This document shows positions 18,776 through 28,395 of a DNA stretch of 64,000 nucleotides, piece by piece. How positions within the stretch are numbered: position 1 is the first letter of the stretch; each line of letters opens with the position of its first letter. A program made the position numbers and the translations under genes. Below the pieces are notes generated by a model. It saw only the letters and a list, made by a program, of their open reading frames with translations, did no database searches and was not told where the DNA came from. Origin of the DNA: an uncultured Pseudomonadota bacterium (GTDB taxonomy: Bacteria > Pseudomonadota > Alphaproteobacteria > RF32 > CAG-239); contig CASFRM010000013.1 in NCBI GenBank assembly GCA_949297185.1, positions 774 to 64,773 of the forward strand, given 5' to 3'.

Positions 18776-19806
18776 TATATAAACAAGTACAGGTCGAATC
18801 ATATTTTAAGAAGCCGGCATCTGAAATCAAGGCCGTGCTTTTGTATGGTCAAAATGAAGGATTGATTGACGAGTATACCAAAAAATTTGTTAAAACCGTA
18901 AGTGCAGATTTGTATGATCCTTTTGCGACAGCTTATTTGGATTGGGATGATGTTAAAGCCGACGGTGGAGCGGTTATGGCTGAGTATAATGCTCAGTCAT
19001 TAATGAATGTCAGAAGAGTGGTTGTGGTAAAAGAAGCTGATAATAATTTTACCAAAACTTTGGAAGCTCTTTTGGAAAACGATAAAAATGATAATCTGCT
19101 TTTGCTTATCGGCAAACAAAGCCTTAATAACAAATCTTCTTTGGTCTTGCTGGCTAATAACAATAAGGCGGTTGCCGCGGTGGCCTGTTATGAAGACAGA
19201 GAAGAAAATGTTTCATCATCAGTGCGGGCAATGTTGGCAGAAAACGGTATCACTTATGAAATGCCGGCGTTTAGCTTGTTGTGTTCGCGCTTGTCTAACG
19301 ATAGAAAAATAAATGTTTCGGAGATTGAAAAACTTATAACTTATGTCGGTACAAAAAAACACTTCACAGCCGCAGATGTTGAAGCTGTGATTTTTGATCA
19401 GGCAGCAACAGGAATGGACGATTTGTGTTTTGATGTGTTTTCCGCAAACAAAGAAAAAGCTATAAGCGGTTTGCAAAGGTTGATAAATGAGGGCGAAGAA
19501 GAAGTTCAAATCGTGAGAGCTTTGATGCGGCATGTCAGTAATCTTTTGGCAGCTAAAGCCTTAACCGAAGGGGGAATATCTGATTTAGAAGCCGTAAAGA
19601 AAGTTCTTTCGAAAAGGTTGTTTTATCGTTATGATGCTATGGCGGCACAGCTTAGAGTATGGAAAAAAGAACGGCTGTTTGATGTGATGGAACTTTTGTA
19701 TAAATCAGAAAAAGATTGCAAAACTACCAATATGCCGGTAACCGAGATTTTGTCTTATACGGTGCTTACACTACTATCTGCGGCCGGAAAACTTAAAAGA
19801 GTTTAG
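18772..19806 (+). CDS. holA: DNA polymerase III delta subunit
   Basis: 344 aa. The N-terminus (AVLLYGQNEGL) is delta-subunit-like. It sits downstream of lptE in the canonical order. Confidence 0.65.
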   Translation: MIYKQVQVESYFKKPASEIKAVLLYGQNEGLIDEYTKKFVKTVSADLYDPFATAYLDWDDVKADGGAVMAEYNAQSLMNVRRVVVVKEADNNFTKTLEALLENDKNDNLLLLIGKQSLNNKSSLVLLANNNKAVAAVACYEDREENVSSSVRAMLAENGITYEMPAFSLLCSRLSNDRKINVSEIEKLITYVGTKKHFTAADVEAVIFDQAATGMDDLCFDVFSANKEKAISGLQRLINEGEEEVQIVRALMRHVSNLLAAKALTEGGISDLEAVKKVLSKRLFYRYDAMAAQLRVWKKERLFDVMELLYKSEKDCKTTNMPVTEILSYTVLTLLSAAGKLKRV

Positions 19807-20099
19807 ATTTCAATTTGGGCTTCGTAAGCATAAATCATTTTAGGCTCTTTACCTTCGTCGCGACTTAATTCGCAGACCAGAATAGAATCCTCAAGTTGCA
19901 GTGCTGATAGGATATCTTCGGATATGTCATTAATAACAACACAATCATTGGCGTTACGGTAAAGTTCGGCGCTTTTGTTGTCAAAATCTACAACCATATA
20001 TGCATCTTCTGGTTTGCTCTCCTTGGCATATAACAAAAGCATAACTTCATCGTCTTCGTTTATCAAAAAATCGTAACTGTCAAATTTGTCTTTGTTCAT
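19803..20099 (-). CDS. Small acidic hypothetical protein; the start was moved to the RBS-supported ATG at 20099, and the full ORF runs to 20210
   Basis: An AAAGGA RBS lies 8 nt upstream of the ATG at 20099. The product is 98 aa and strongly acidic (MNKDKFDSYDFLINEDDE...). No homology was recognised. Confidence 0.35.
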   Translation of the reverse strand: MNKDKFDSYDFLINEDDEVMLLLYAKESKPEDAYMVVDFDNKSAELYRNANDCVVINDISEDILSALQLEDSILVCELSRDEGKEPKMIYAYEAQIEI

Positions 20100-20233
20100 A
20101 GTGATATCCTTTCGGTGTATGTTGGCATTATTGTACACGGCAATGCTTGAAGAAATGTTAATATGTTGCATATTCACGGTGAAAATATAGTTTATTTCTG
20201 TTAAAATCATTTCATCATGCTGAGAGGATTGTA

Positions 20234-20911
20234 ATGAGGGATTTGGTCGATAAATTTGTTAATATGCTAAAATGGCCGGTGGCATTATGGCTGCTTTTTT
20301 CGCTGCCGGCGTTTGTGAGCTCTTTGGATTATTTTAGGTTTTCGGAAATTAAATATTGGGCTTTATTCGGAGGCTTTTTTCTGTTCTTTATTGCTCGCTC
20401 ATTTATGGACTCATCGGCAAAAGTGAGCATGGAAGTGCTGGCTCATGAATTTTCGCATGCCCTGTTTGCTGTTTTGACATTGCATAAAGTGAACGGACTT
20501 AATATTAATCCGGATGACAGCGGAGGGGAAATGTCATTTGAAGGAGAAGGTAATTGGCTAATTATTATTGCGCCATACTTTTTTCCGTTCTTCGGTTTTT
20601 TGGCAATGATTGGTATTAGTATTTATACCATGTTTGCACCTATGAATCTTATCTTAAACGGTATTATGGGGTTTGTAATCGGTTATCATGTTGATACCGT
20701 GGCATCGCAAATCCATGAAAAACAAACCGATTTGCCTAAGGTCGGGTATGGCTTTTGTGCCGTATTTTTGTTGCCGGCCAATATGTGGATGATTGGTTCA
20801 ATGCTGGCTTTCAATTCAAAAGGATGGGACGGGTTTATGATGTACCAGTCCCTGATATCGCATTTGAATGGTAAAAATTTGAATTATATTGCTAACTTTT
20901 TGGGGTTTTAA
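20234..20911 (+). CDS. Polytopic membrane protein with an HExxH zincin motif (M50B-like putative metallopeptidase)
   Basis: 225 aa with five to six TM segments. AHEFSHALFA sits at a membrane boundary and is followed by a Gly/Pro-rich TM (IIAPYFFPFFGF). It is paralogous in layout to ORF 23887-24447. Confidence 0.45.
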   Translation: MRDLVDKFVNMLKWPVALWLLFSLPAFVSSLDYFRFSEIKYWALFGGFFLFFIARSFMDSSAKVSMEVLAHEFSHALFAVLTLHKVNGLNINPDDSGGEMSFEGEGNWLIIIAPYFFPFFGFLAMIGISIYTMFAPMNLILNGIMGFVIGYHVDTVASQIHEKQTDLPKVGYGFCAVFLLPANMWMIGSMLAFNSKGWDGFMMYQSLISHLNGKNLNYIANFLGF

Positions 20912-22272
20912 CCTGCAATCGCCGTTAGCAATTCTCGACTAAAGTCGGCTAATGAATTATCGTGAGCTCCCATAATGACAATTCTGTCGCCTTTACGCAC
21001 ATTGCTTAAAACAAATTTCTTTGTATCTTCTTTATGCGGCAGAAACAGAGCTTGATTATGTCCGTTTTCTTTAATGCGGTTGATTATGTTGGCCGATGAT
21101 ATGCCTACATCTTGCGGGGTGAGTTCGTAAATTTCTTGCATAATCATAATATCATCTGATGACAGAACTCGAGCAACAGCAGCTGCAACTTCATCTCCGG
21201 TGTTAACTGCCGAAAACGGGGTGTGAGGCTGGTACATTGCAATTATGCGGCCGGGGTAGTCTTTGAGAGCCGATAAAGAAGCCTCTATTTTGCTCGGGTT
21301 ATGAGCAAAGTCGTTGTAAACGGTTACGCCGTTGGCAGTGCCTATTTTTTCGAGACGAACTTTGATTCCGGTAAAGCTCTCAAGAGCCTTTGCGGCATCT
21401 AATGGATTGATGCCAACAAAAGAGCAAGCGGCTATAGTGGCAAGAGCGTTGGCAACATTGAACGCGCCTAAGAGATTAAGTTTGAAGGTTTGTCCGCGGA
21501 ATTCATATTCAACACCGTCGGCTACGCTTCTTACCGATGAGGCATAGAAATCTGCCTCGGGGTTGTGCATGGAAAAGCTCTTGCAGTTTGGATGTGTGTT
21601 AATGTGAGTGTGGTTAGGACAATCCAAGTTTATAATGAGGTTTTGAGAATTGGCGGCAAAAGCATTAAAATATTCAAACAATTTCTCCATTGAAGTGTGG
21701 TCATGAGAGATGTTGTTAATAATACCGACAAAGGGGTGATACTTGCGGATTGAACCGTCACTTTCATCAGCTTCGATTACACAGATATCACTTTCATTAT
21801 AGATATAGTTGGGGATGCCTTTGCGGTCTGAAAAATTGCACAAGGCGCCACCGTTAACCATGCAAGGCTTTTTGCCCAAGACATCTAAGACATAGCCTAT
21901 CATCGCGGTGGTGGTGGTTTTGCCGGCGGTGCCGCCGACAGCTATACCTTGCGGGTATGAGGAAAATAACTCTTGCAATAAATCGGAACGGGTCTTAATC
22001 GGAATATTTAGGGCTTGAGCAGCTTTAACATCCGGATTGTTGGGATTAATGGCTGCAGATACGCACAAGTATTCTAAGTCCGAGGTAATTCCGGAGCCAT
22101 CTTGTTTGACAATCTTGATCCCGACATCTTCAAGCGCTTGTTTGCGGTCGGCATCTTTGCCAATATCAAAACTGTAGTCTGAACCATATACTTCATAACC
22201 TTTTAGTGCCATAATTTGTTCGAGCGGACTGATGCCGTTGCCGGCTGCGCCGCTAAATGCTATCTTTTTCAT
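20908..22272 (-). CDS. mpl: Mur ligase family protein, most likely Mpl (UDP-MurNAc:tripeptide ligase) or a MurC paralog
   Basis: 454 aa with the N-terminal GSD motif and the P-loop GGTAGKTTTTAMIG. Its size fits Mpl (about 455 aa) rather than MurC (about 480-490 aa). It is solitary, lying outside any mur/fts cluster. Confidence 0.6.
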   Translation of the reverse strand: MKKIAFSGAAGNGISPLEQIMALKGYEVYGSDYSFDIGKDADRKQALEDVGIKIVKQDGSGITSDLEYLCVSAAINPNNPDVKAAQALNIPIKTRSDLLQELFSSYPQGIAVGGTAGKTTTTAMIGYVLDVLGKKPCMVNGGALCNFSDRKGIPNYIYNESDICVIEADESDGSIRKYHPFVGIINNISHDHTSMEKLFEYFNAFAANSQNLIINLDCPNHTHINTHPNCKSFSMHNPEADFYASSVRSVADGVEYEFRGQTFKLNLLGAFNVANALATIAACSFVGINPLDAAKALESFTGIKVRLEKIGTANGVTVYNDFAHNPSKIEASLSALKDYPGRIIAMYQPHTPFSAVNTGDEVAAAVARVLSSDDIMIMQEIYELTPQDVGISSANIINRIKENGHNQALFLPHKEDTKKFVLSNVRKGDRIVIMGAHDNSLADFSRELLTAIAG

Positions 22273-22292
22273 ACTGTTAAAAGTCCTTATCC

Positions 22293-23147
22293 TTATAATG
22301 CATCAAGAGTTTCTGCTTCTTGTTTTTTTAATATTTCCAAATTTTTGTAGTCTATCACTATATAGGTTTTTTTGTCGCCGTCAACACCTATGCTTAAAGC
22401 TGCAGCAATATCATCGTTGTAATAGGTGGAAAATAAAACTGCATCTCCGGACAAAAGCTGTGATAAAAATTCAGGATTGCCTATGGGAGCATTTTCAGTG
22501 ACGGTTTCTTCTTTGCCTTGAGCGTTAGTAATGGTTTTGCTTATGACGGCAGGGGTAAAGTCTTCTTGCTTGTTGCCATATTTTTTATTTAGGTATTCTG
22601 AATAGGTATTATATTCTTTCAAAACTTTTGAGGCAGAAGCATCGTCGTCTATTAGTTTGCTATAGGCTAATATGCGGTATAGCTTGTTCTCTTCGCCATA
22701 GGTAACATAAACGCGTTCAAAAAAATCTATTGCTTTAGGTAAGTTGCCGGCCAGAAAGCTATTGGCGTAATCTTCCATTTCAACGGGGGTGAGAGTTACT
22801 CCTTGGTTGCGGGTATTATCCATTGTTGAAGCCCAGTACAGACCGAACGGAGCACTGTCAAGTTCTTGTGTGGGAGCTGTTGTTGATGAAGCACTCAAAG
22901 CGCGGCTTTTGAATTCGGGGAATTTTTGCTGCCGTAATTTTATCGGTTTTTGGTTGAGAAGATTGCGAGCGGAATCAACGGCATCGGAGATATTTTCTTC
23001 GGTATTTAGATTTTGCTTTTGCTCATCGGCTGCTGTGGGAGCCGAAGGATCGAATAAAATATCTTTTGTAAATCCGTTGTCTTGACTGAATCCTACCGAA
23101 GGCAGAATGATGGTCAGACCTAATGCAATTATTGATTTTTTCATCAA
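22293..23147 (-). CDS. Secreted or periplasmic hypothetical protein
   Basis: 284 aa with a signal peptide (MMKKSIIALGLTIILPSVGFSQ). No motif was recognised. Confidence 0.45.
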   Translation of the reverse strand: MMKKSIIALGLTIILPSVGFSQDNGFTKDILFDPSAPTAADEQKQNLNTEENISDAVDSARNLLNQKPIKLRQQKFPEFKSRALSASSTTAPTQELDSAPFGLYWASTMDNTRNQGVTLTPVEMEDYANSFLAGNLPKAIDFFERVYVTYGEENKLYRILAYSKLIDDDASASKVLKEYNTYSEYLNKKYGNKQEDFTPAVISKTITNAQGKEETVTENAPIGNPEFLSQLLSGDAVLFSTYYNDDIAAALSIGVDGDKKTYIVIDYKNLEILKKQEAETLDAL

Positions 23148-23180
23148 AATCTCCTGAAAATCTTACAAATTTAGTTTGAA

Positions 23181-23196
23181 ACATAACTTATTATGT
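23181..23196. promoter_or_regulatory. Candidate TetR operator, perfect inverted repeat ACATAA-ctta-TTATGT
   Basis: A 6-bp inverted repeat with a 4-bp spacer lies 60 nt upstream of the TetR ATG, followed by a TATATATATA tract. Confidence 0.3.
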
Positions 23197-23256
23197 GCTT
23201 ATTATATATATATTTATTCGGAATGGTTACAAGTTTTTTATCAGACTGTGAAAAAC

Positions 23257-23886
23257 ATGATTGATGATAAAGATGCCAGATTAAAAGCTTTTGTCAGAAA
23301 CAAAACTAAGGAAGCTTTGCTTAACTGTGGCAGAAAGTTGGTGATAAATGAAGGAATTAATGCTTTAAGTGCCAGAAAGTTGGCGCAGGCAGCTAATTCT
23401 TCCGTGGGGATGATTTATAATATTTTTGCGACCATGGATAATTTTATCGCCGAGCAAAATGCTATGACACTAAATGAGTTATTGGAAAAAATGAGCTCAT
23501 TAACAATGTCAAAAAATCCTTTTAATAATCTCAATCATTATGCCGATGTCTTGGCTTCTTATATTATGGCAAATCCTAATCTATGGGCATTGTTATATAA
23601 TCGCTATTTGTCAGGCGATGGTTTTAAACTTACATTTGCCGAGGCCAGAATTATTAAAAAAATTGACATACTCATAAGTTTTCAAGTGGTGCCTCTGATA
23701 AAGAAAATGTCGGCTAAAGAAAAAAGGTTGTCCATAAAAGTTTTGGAAATGGCTCTGTTTGCCATGAGCGGATATTTGTTGAGTGACAGATTAAATACAA
23801 AATCTAATCTAAATAAAGAGACTTTGTGTAAGTTGTTGATGAATACATATATTGCCGGAATGGTCAGCTTGGAGGATATAAAATAA
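23257..23886 (+). CDS. TetR-family transcriptional regulator; start moved to the ATG at 23257, ORF begins at 23176
   Basis: 209 aa. The HTH region (LSARKLAQAANSSVGMIYNIF) matches the TetR_N signature. Its stop TAA abuts the ATG of the next gene. Confidence 0.75.
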   Translation: MIDDKDARLKAFVRNKTKEALLNCGRKLVINEGINALSARKLAQAANSSVGMIYNIFATMDNFIAEQNAMTLNELLEKMSSLTMSKNPFNNLNHYADVLASYIMANPNLWALLYNRYLSGDGFKLTFAEARIIKKIDILISFQVVPLIKKMSAKEKRLSIKVLEMALFAMSGYLLSDRLNTKSNLNKETLCKLLMNTYIAGMVSLEDIK

Positions 23887-24447
23887 ATGTTGGAACAAAT
23901 TTATTACAGCTTTTTGGCTTTTTGGGAATATATAAATTCTTATTCGTTTTTGCAGACTTTTTTTAATAATCGTTTTTATATGATTTTGTTGGTGATAGTT
24001 TTGATTCACCTAAAAAACGCAACCTACAGTTCTATGTTTATGAGCGCTCTAATCAACATTCCGGGAACAATCTTGCATGAGTTGATGCATTTTTTGATTG
24101 GGTTGGTGATGAATGCAAAACCTTGTAATTTTTCTCTTATTCCTAAAAGAAATATGGATGGTAATTATGTGATGGGTAGTGTGGGTTTTACCAATATTAC
24201 CTTCTATAATGCGGTGCCTTCGGCTTTGGCTCCTTTGTTGTTGCTGCCTATCGGATTTTATATTAACCGCTACATTTTGCCGGTTATTACACCATCATTT
24301 GTTAACTATACCCTGTATGTGTTGTTGCAGACAATTATCATTGAGAATTCGATGCCGTCTTCAACCGATTTTAAGGTTGCACGGTCGCATTTCTTGGGTG
24401 TGGTTATGTATACGGTATTATTTATTGCTCTTTTTACCATGATATAA
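23887..24447 (+). CDS. Polytopic membrane protein with an HExxH motif (M50B-like putative metallopeptidase), translationally coupled to the TetR gene
   Basis: 186 aa with about five TM segments. HELMHFLIGLVMN sits at a TM boundary, followed by the ALAPLLLLPIGFY TM, the same layout as ORF 20234-20911. Confidence 0.45.
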   Translation: MLEQIYYSFLAFWEYINSYSFLQTFFNNRFYMILLVIVLIHLKNATYSSMFMSALINIPGTILHELMHFLIGLVMNAKPCNFSLIPKRNMDGNYVMGSVGFTNITFYNAVPSALAPLLLLPIGFYINRYILPVITPSFVNYTLYVLLQTIIIENSMPSSTDFKVARSHFLGVVMYTVLFIALFTMI

Positions 24448-24594
24448 AAAAAAGAATCAGTAGGTGTTTAACCGATTATTTAGACTCTTGGCAGTATCTT
24501 AAAGCCATAACATGACGAATCGATAGCCGGCTTTCGGGTCGGTTGTCCTGTTATAATTATAGTTTGTGGATTAATCGTATTTAAGGAATCTGAT

Positions 24595-27024
24595 ATGATA
24601 AACCTAAAAAAAGGAAAAAGTTTGGTCGCTTGGGTGGTGGCTGCATTTTTAGCCATGACCAACGCGGCTTTAGCTTCGGAAATTGATTTGAAAATTCCGT
24701 CGCTTGATGTTTCTTATAACATCTTTGGTTATGCAATTACCGGATCACATATTTTGCTGTATGGTTTGGCAATTTGTGCGTTCGGTTTGTTGTTTGGTTT
24801 GTATGAATTTGTCGGAATTAAAAGAATGCCGGCTCATAAAGCTATGCTTAATGTTTCGCATACAATTTATGAAACATGCAAAACTTATATGAAACAACAA
24901 GCTAAATTGTTGGTGGTTTTGGAATTGTTTATTGCCGCCTGCATATTCTACTATTTCTACTATTTGAATGCAACTCCGCTGCCTAAAGTATTGACTGTTT
25001 TGGCTTGGTCAATTTTGGGTATTTTGGGTTCTTACACAGTGGCTTGGTTCGGTATGAGAATTAATACTTATGCTAACTCACGTACCGCCTTTATGTCATT
25101 GAAAGGAAAACCATATCCGGTAATGAATTTACCTTTGCGCTCCGGTATGTCTATCGGTGTTTTGCTTATCTGCGTTGAATTGGTAATGATGATTTCCATT
25201 CTTTTGTTTGTGGATAAGGAAAATGCCGGTGCTTGCTTTATCGGTTTTGCTATTGGTGAATCTCTCGGTGCTTCGGCTTTGCGTATTTGCGGCGGTATCT
25301 TTACCAAAATTGCCGATATCGGTGCCGATTTGATGAAAATTATTTTCAAAATTGACGAAGATGATGCCAGAAACCCAGGTGTGATTGCTGACTGTACCGG
25401 TGATAATGCCGGTGACTCTGTCGGACCTACCGCCGATGGTTTTGAAACCTATGGCGTGACCGGTGTGGCTTTAATCAGCTTTATCGTTTTGGGTGCCGGC
25501 ATGATGTATGCCACAAACGGCGATTTGGTTATGATGCAAAACGGAATCGACATTCAGGCAAGATTAATCGTATGGATTTTTGCCATGAGATTGTTGATGA
25601 TTTTGACATCGGTCGTTTCTTACTGGTTGAACGGCGTGTTCTCTAAATTGGCATTCGGTAAAAAAGATGCTTTCAATTTTGAAACTCCGCTGACAACATT
25701 GATTTGGTTGACATCAATCATTTCTATTTTGGTTACCTTCGGCGTATCTTATGTGATGATTGGCGATATGGATGAGAATTTGTGGTGGAAACTTTCGGTT
25801 ATTATTTCTTGCGGTACTTTGGCTGCAGCATTAATTCCGGAATTTACCAAAATTTTCACTTCCTCAAAATCCAAACATGTGGAAGAAGTGGTTAATGCTT
25901 CACGCGAAGCCGGTGCTTCTCTTAACATAATCTCCGGTATTGTTGCCGGTAACTTCTCGGCCTTTTGGCAGGGTTTGGTTATGGTCGGTTTGATGGCCGT
26001 TGCTTACTTTACCGCTCGTGAAGGTTTGGATGCTTTCATGGTATATCCGACAATATTTGCTTTTGGTTTGGTGGCTTTCGGTATGCTCGGTATGGGACCT
26101 GTGACCATTGCCGTTGACTCTTACGGACCGGTTACCGATAATGCTCAATCCGTATTTGAATTGTCACAGATTGAAAATATCAAAGGCATTAATAAAGAGA
26201 TTGAAAAAGATTACGGATTTAAGCCCGATTTTGAAAAAGGTAAACACTTCTTGGAAGAAAATGATTCAGCCGGAAATACCTTTAAGGCTACGGCTAAACC
26301 GGTATTAATCGGAACGGCCGTTATCGGTGCTACAACCATGATTTTCTCAATCATCTTGTTGTTAAACTTGCAGCTTAACCTTTTGGATCCTGAAGTATTG
26401 TTCGGTATTATACTGGGCGGTGCGGTAATATTCTGGTTCTCTGGTGCTTCAATGCAAGCCGTTTCGACCGGTGCTTATCGTGCAGTAAACTATATTAAAA
26501 AGCACATTAAGCTAAATACCGCAAAAGCTGCTTCAATCGAAGATTCAAAGAAAGTGGTACAAATTTGTACTTTGTATGCTCAAAAAGGTATGTTTAACAT
26601 CTTTATCGTGATTTTCTCTTTCACGATAGCCTTTGCATGCTTTGATGCAAATTTATTTGCCAGCTATTTGATTTCGATTGCCGTATTTGGGTTGTTCCAA
26701 GCTTTGTATATGGCTAATGCCGGCGGTGCTTGGGATAATGCCAAGAAGGTTGTTGAGGTTGATTTGGGCGAAAAAGGTACTCCGTTGCATGATGCTTCGG
26801 TAGTAGGTGATACCGTTGGTGATCCTTATAAGGATACCTCGTCGGTAGCCTTGAACCCGATTATCAAGTTCACCACTTTGTTTGGCTTGTTGGCGGTTGA
26901 AATGGCCGTGGCAGCTCCGAAGTGCGTATCTATGGGATTGGGAATCGCCTTCTTTGTTTTGGGATTGATTTTTGTATGGCGTTCTTTCTATGCCATGAGA
27001 ATCGAACCGGCAAATAAAGACTAA
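24595..27024 (+). CDS. hppA: Membrane-bound ion-pumping pyrophosphatase (M-PPase)
   Basis: 809 aa. PPase signatures are present: DCTGDNAGDSVGPTADGFETY and VGDTVGDPYKDTSSVALNPIIK. About 16 TM segments. There is an N-terminal extension of about 100 aa with a signal-peptide-like start. Confidence 0.9.
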   Translation: MINLKKGKSLVAWVVAAFLAMTNAALASEIDLKIPSLDVSYNIFGYAITGSHILLYGLAICAFGLLFGLYEFVGIKRMPAHKAMLNVSHTIYETCKTYMKQQAKLLVVLELFIAACIFYYFYYLNATPLPKVLTVLAWSILGILGSYTVAWFGMRINTYANSRTAFMSLKGKPYPVMNLPLRSGMSIGVLLICVELVMMISILLFVDKENAGACFIGFAIGESLGASALRICGGIFTKIADIGADLMKIIFKIDEDDARNPGVIADCTGDNAGDSVGPTADGFETYGVTGVALISFIVLGAGMMYATNGDLVMMQNGIDIQARLIVWIFAMRLLMILTSVVSYWLNGVFSKLAFGKKDAFNFETPLTTLIWLTSIISILVTFGVSYVMIGDMDENLWWKLSVIISCGTLAAALIPEFTKIFTSSKSKHVEEVVNASREAGASLNIISGIVAGNFSAFWQGLVMVGLMAVAYFTAREGLDAFMVYPTIFAFGLVAFGMLGMGPVTIAVDSYGPVTDNAQSVFELSQIENIKGINKEIEKDYGFKPDFEKGKHFLEENDSAGNTFKATAKPVLIGTAVIGATTMIFSIILLLNLQLNLLDPEVLFGIILGGAVIFWFSGASMQAVSTGAYRAVNYIKKHIKLNTAKAASIEDSKKVVQICTLYAQKGMFNIFIVIFSFTIAFACFDANLFASYLISIAVFGLFQALYMANAGGAWDNAKKVVEVDLGEKGTPLHDASVVGDTVGDPYKDTSSVALNPIIKFTTLFGLLAVEMAVAAPKCVSMGLGIAFFVLGLIFVWRSFYAMRIEPANKD

Positions 27025-27048
27025 TTCAATCTTTAGAAAATAAGCGAT

Positions 27049-27082
27049 TAGAGCCTCCGAAGTGTGAAAGCTTCGGGGGCTT
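27049..27082 (+). terminator. Probable terminator after hppA
   Basis: GCCTCCGAAG-tgtgaaag-CTTCGGGGGC hairpin followed by TTT, about 25 nt after the stop. Confidence 0.4.
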
Positions 27083-27099
27083 TAATCAAATATTAGACT

Positions 27100-28395
27100 T
27101 TGTTTGCTAAGGTGGCAATAAAAGGAGAAGTTGCCGTGTTGTTGAGCTGGATAAAATCGCTAAAAATTTATGCCGACAGAAGAATGCCTTTGATGCTGTT
27201 GCTCGGGTTTGTTTCGGGTTTGCCGTTTTTGTTGGTGTCATCTACTTTGTCTTTGTGGTTGAAAGATGTCGGTATTTCTTTGGCGGCAATCGGGCTGTTT
27301 TCGTTGGTAAAAGCTCCTTATAGTTTTAAGTGGTTGTTCTCGCCATTAATCGACCAAGTAAGTTTGCCTTTGTTATCAAGGCTTGGGCGGCGCCGTTCTT
27401 GGGCGGTGTTGTTACAGATTTTATTGATAATATCACTATTGGTGATGTCAATTTCGGAACCGAAAGTTTCGCCGGCATTATTTGCTTTTTGGGTGCTTTT
27501 GGCAGCATTGTTTTCAGCTTCGCAAGATATTGTTTTAGATGCTTATCGTATTGAGAGATTTAAGCCTAAAGAACAGGCTGCCGGTGTGGCAGTGTTTGTA
27601 TTGGGGTATAGAATCGGTACGATTTTTTCCGGAGCCGGTGCATTGTTCTTGGCAGAATTTTGGGACTGGTCAATAGTATATCAAATTATGGCTTGCGGTG
27701 TTGTCGTCGGTTTGGTGTCGATTTTGATTGCCAAGGAGCCGGAAAACAATAAGCCGTCAAAACCTAAGACTTTGCGGGCTACGGTTGTAAATGCGGTGGT
27801 AAAGCCGTTTACCGATTTTATGAAACGCGATAAATGGGCTGTTATCTTGCTGTTTATTTTCTTTTATCGGATGAGTGATGCCTATGTGGCTCCGATGGCC
27901 TATCCGTTTTTTGACGATATGGGATTTTCTAAAATTCAAATTGCTTCAATCATCAAAATTTATGGTGTGATTGCGACCATTATCGGAACGGTTATCGGTG
28001 GTGCAGTGGTTGCAAAAATCGGTTTGGTGAGAGCATTAGTTATTTGCGGATTTTTGCAAGGTTTGTCAAATCTGGTGTATGTAGGGCAGGCTTATGCCGG
28101 AAATAATACGCAGGTTTTGATGCTTAACATATTTATCGAAAATATTTCGGGTGGTATGGGTACGGCAGCTTTTGTGGCTTATTTGTCGGCGTTATGTAAC
28201 AGAAAATATACAGCGACACAGTATGCACTGTTGTCGTCGTTTATGGGAGCGGCACGCGACATTTTTGCCGCGACTTCGGGATTGGTCGCGGCAGCAGTGT
28301 CATGGCAGAGTTTCTTTATTATTACCACAATAATGGCAGTGCCGGGGTTGTTGATATTGTGGTATTTGATAAGAATAAAAGCTATAAGAGATTAG
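27100..28395 (+). CDS. ampG: Muropeptide permease AmpG (MFS)
   Basis: 431 aa with about 12 TM helices and an AmpG-type N-terminus (LLLGFVSGLPFLL..LSLWLKD). Confidence 0.7.
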   Translation: MFAKVAIKGEVAVLLSWIKSLKIYADRRMPLMLLLGFVSGLPFLLVSSTLSLWLKDVGISLAAIGLFSLVKAPYSFKWLFSPLIDQVSLPLLSRLGRRRSWAVLLQILLIISLLVMSISEPKVSPALFAFWVLLAALFSASQDIVLDAYRIERFKPKEQAAGVAVFVLGYRIGTIFSGAGALFLAEFWDWSIVYQIMACGVVVGLVSILIAKEPENNKPSKPKTLRATVVNAVVKPFTDFMKRDKWAVILLFIFFYRMSDAYVAPMAYPFFDDMGFSKIQIASIIKIYGVIATIIGTVIGGAVVAKIGLVRALVICGFLQGLSNLVYVGQAYAGNNTQVLMLNIFIENISGGMGTAAFVAYLSALCNRKYTATQYALLSSFMGAARDIFAATSGLVAAAVSWQSFFIITTIMAVPGLLILWYLIRIKAIRD

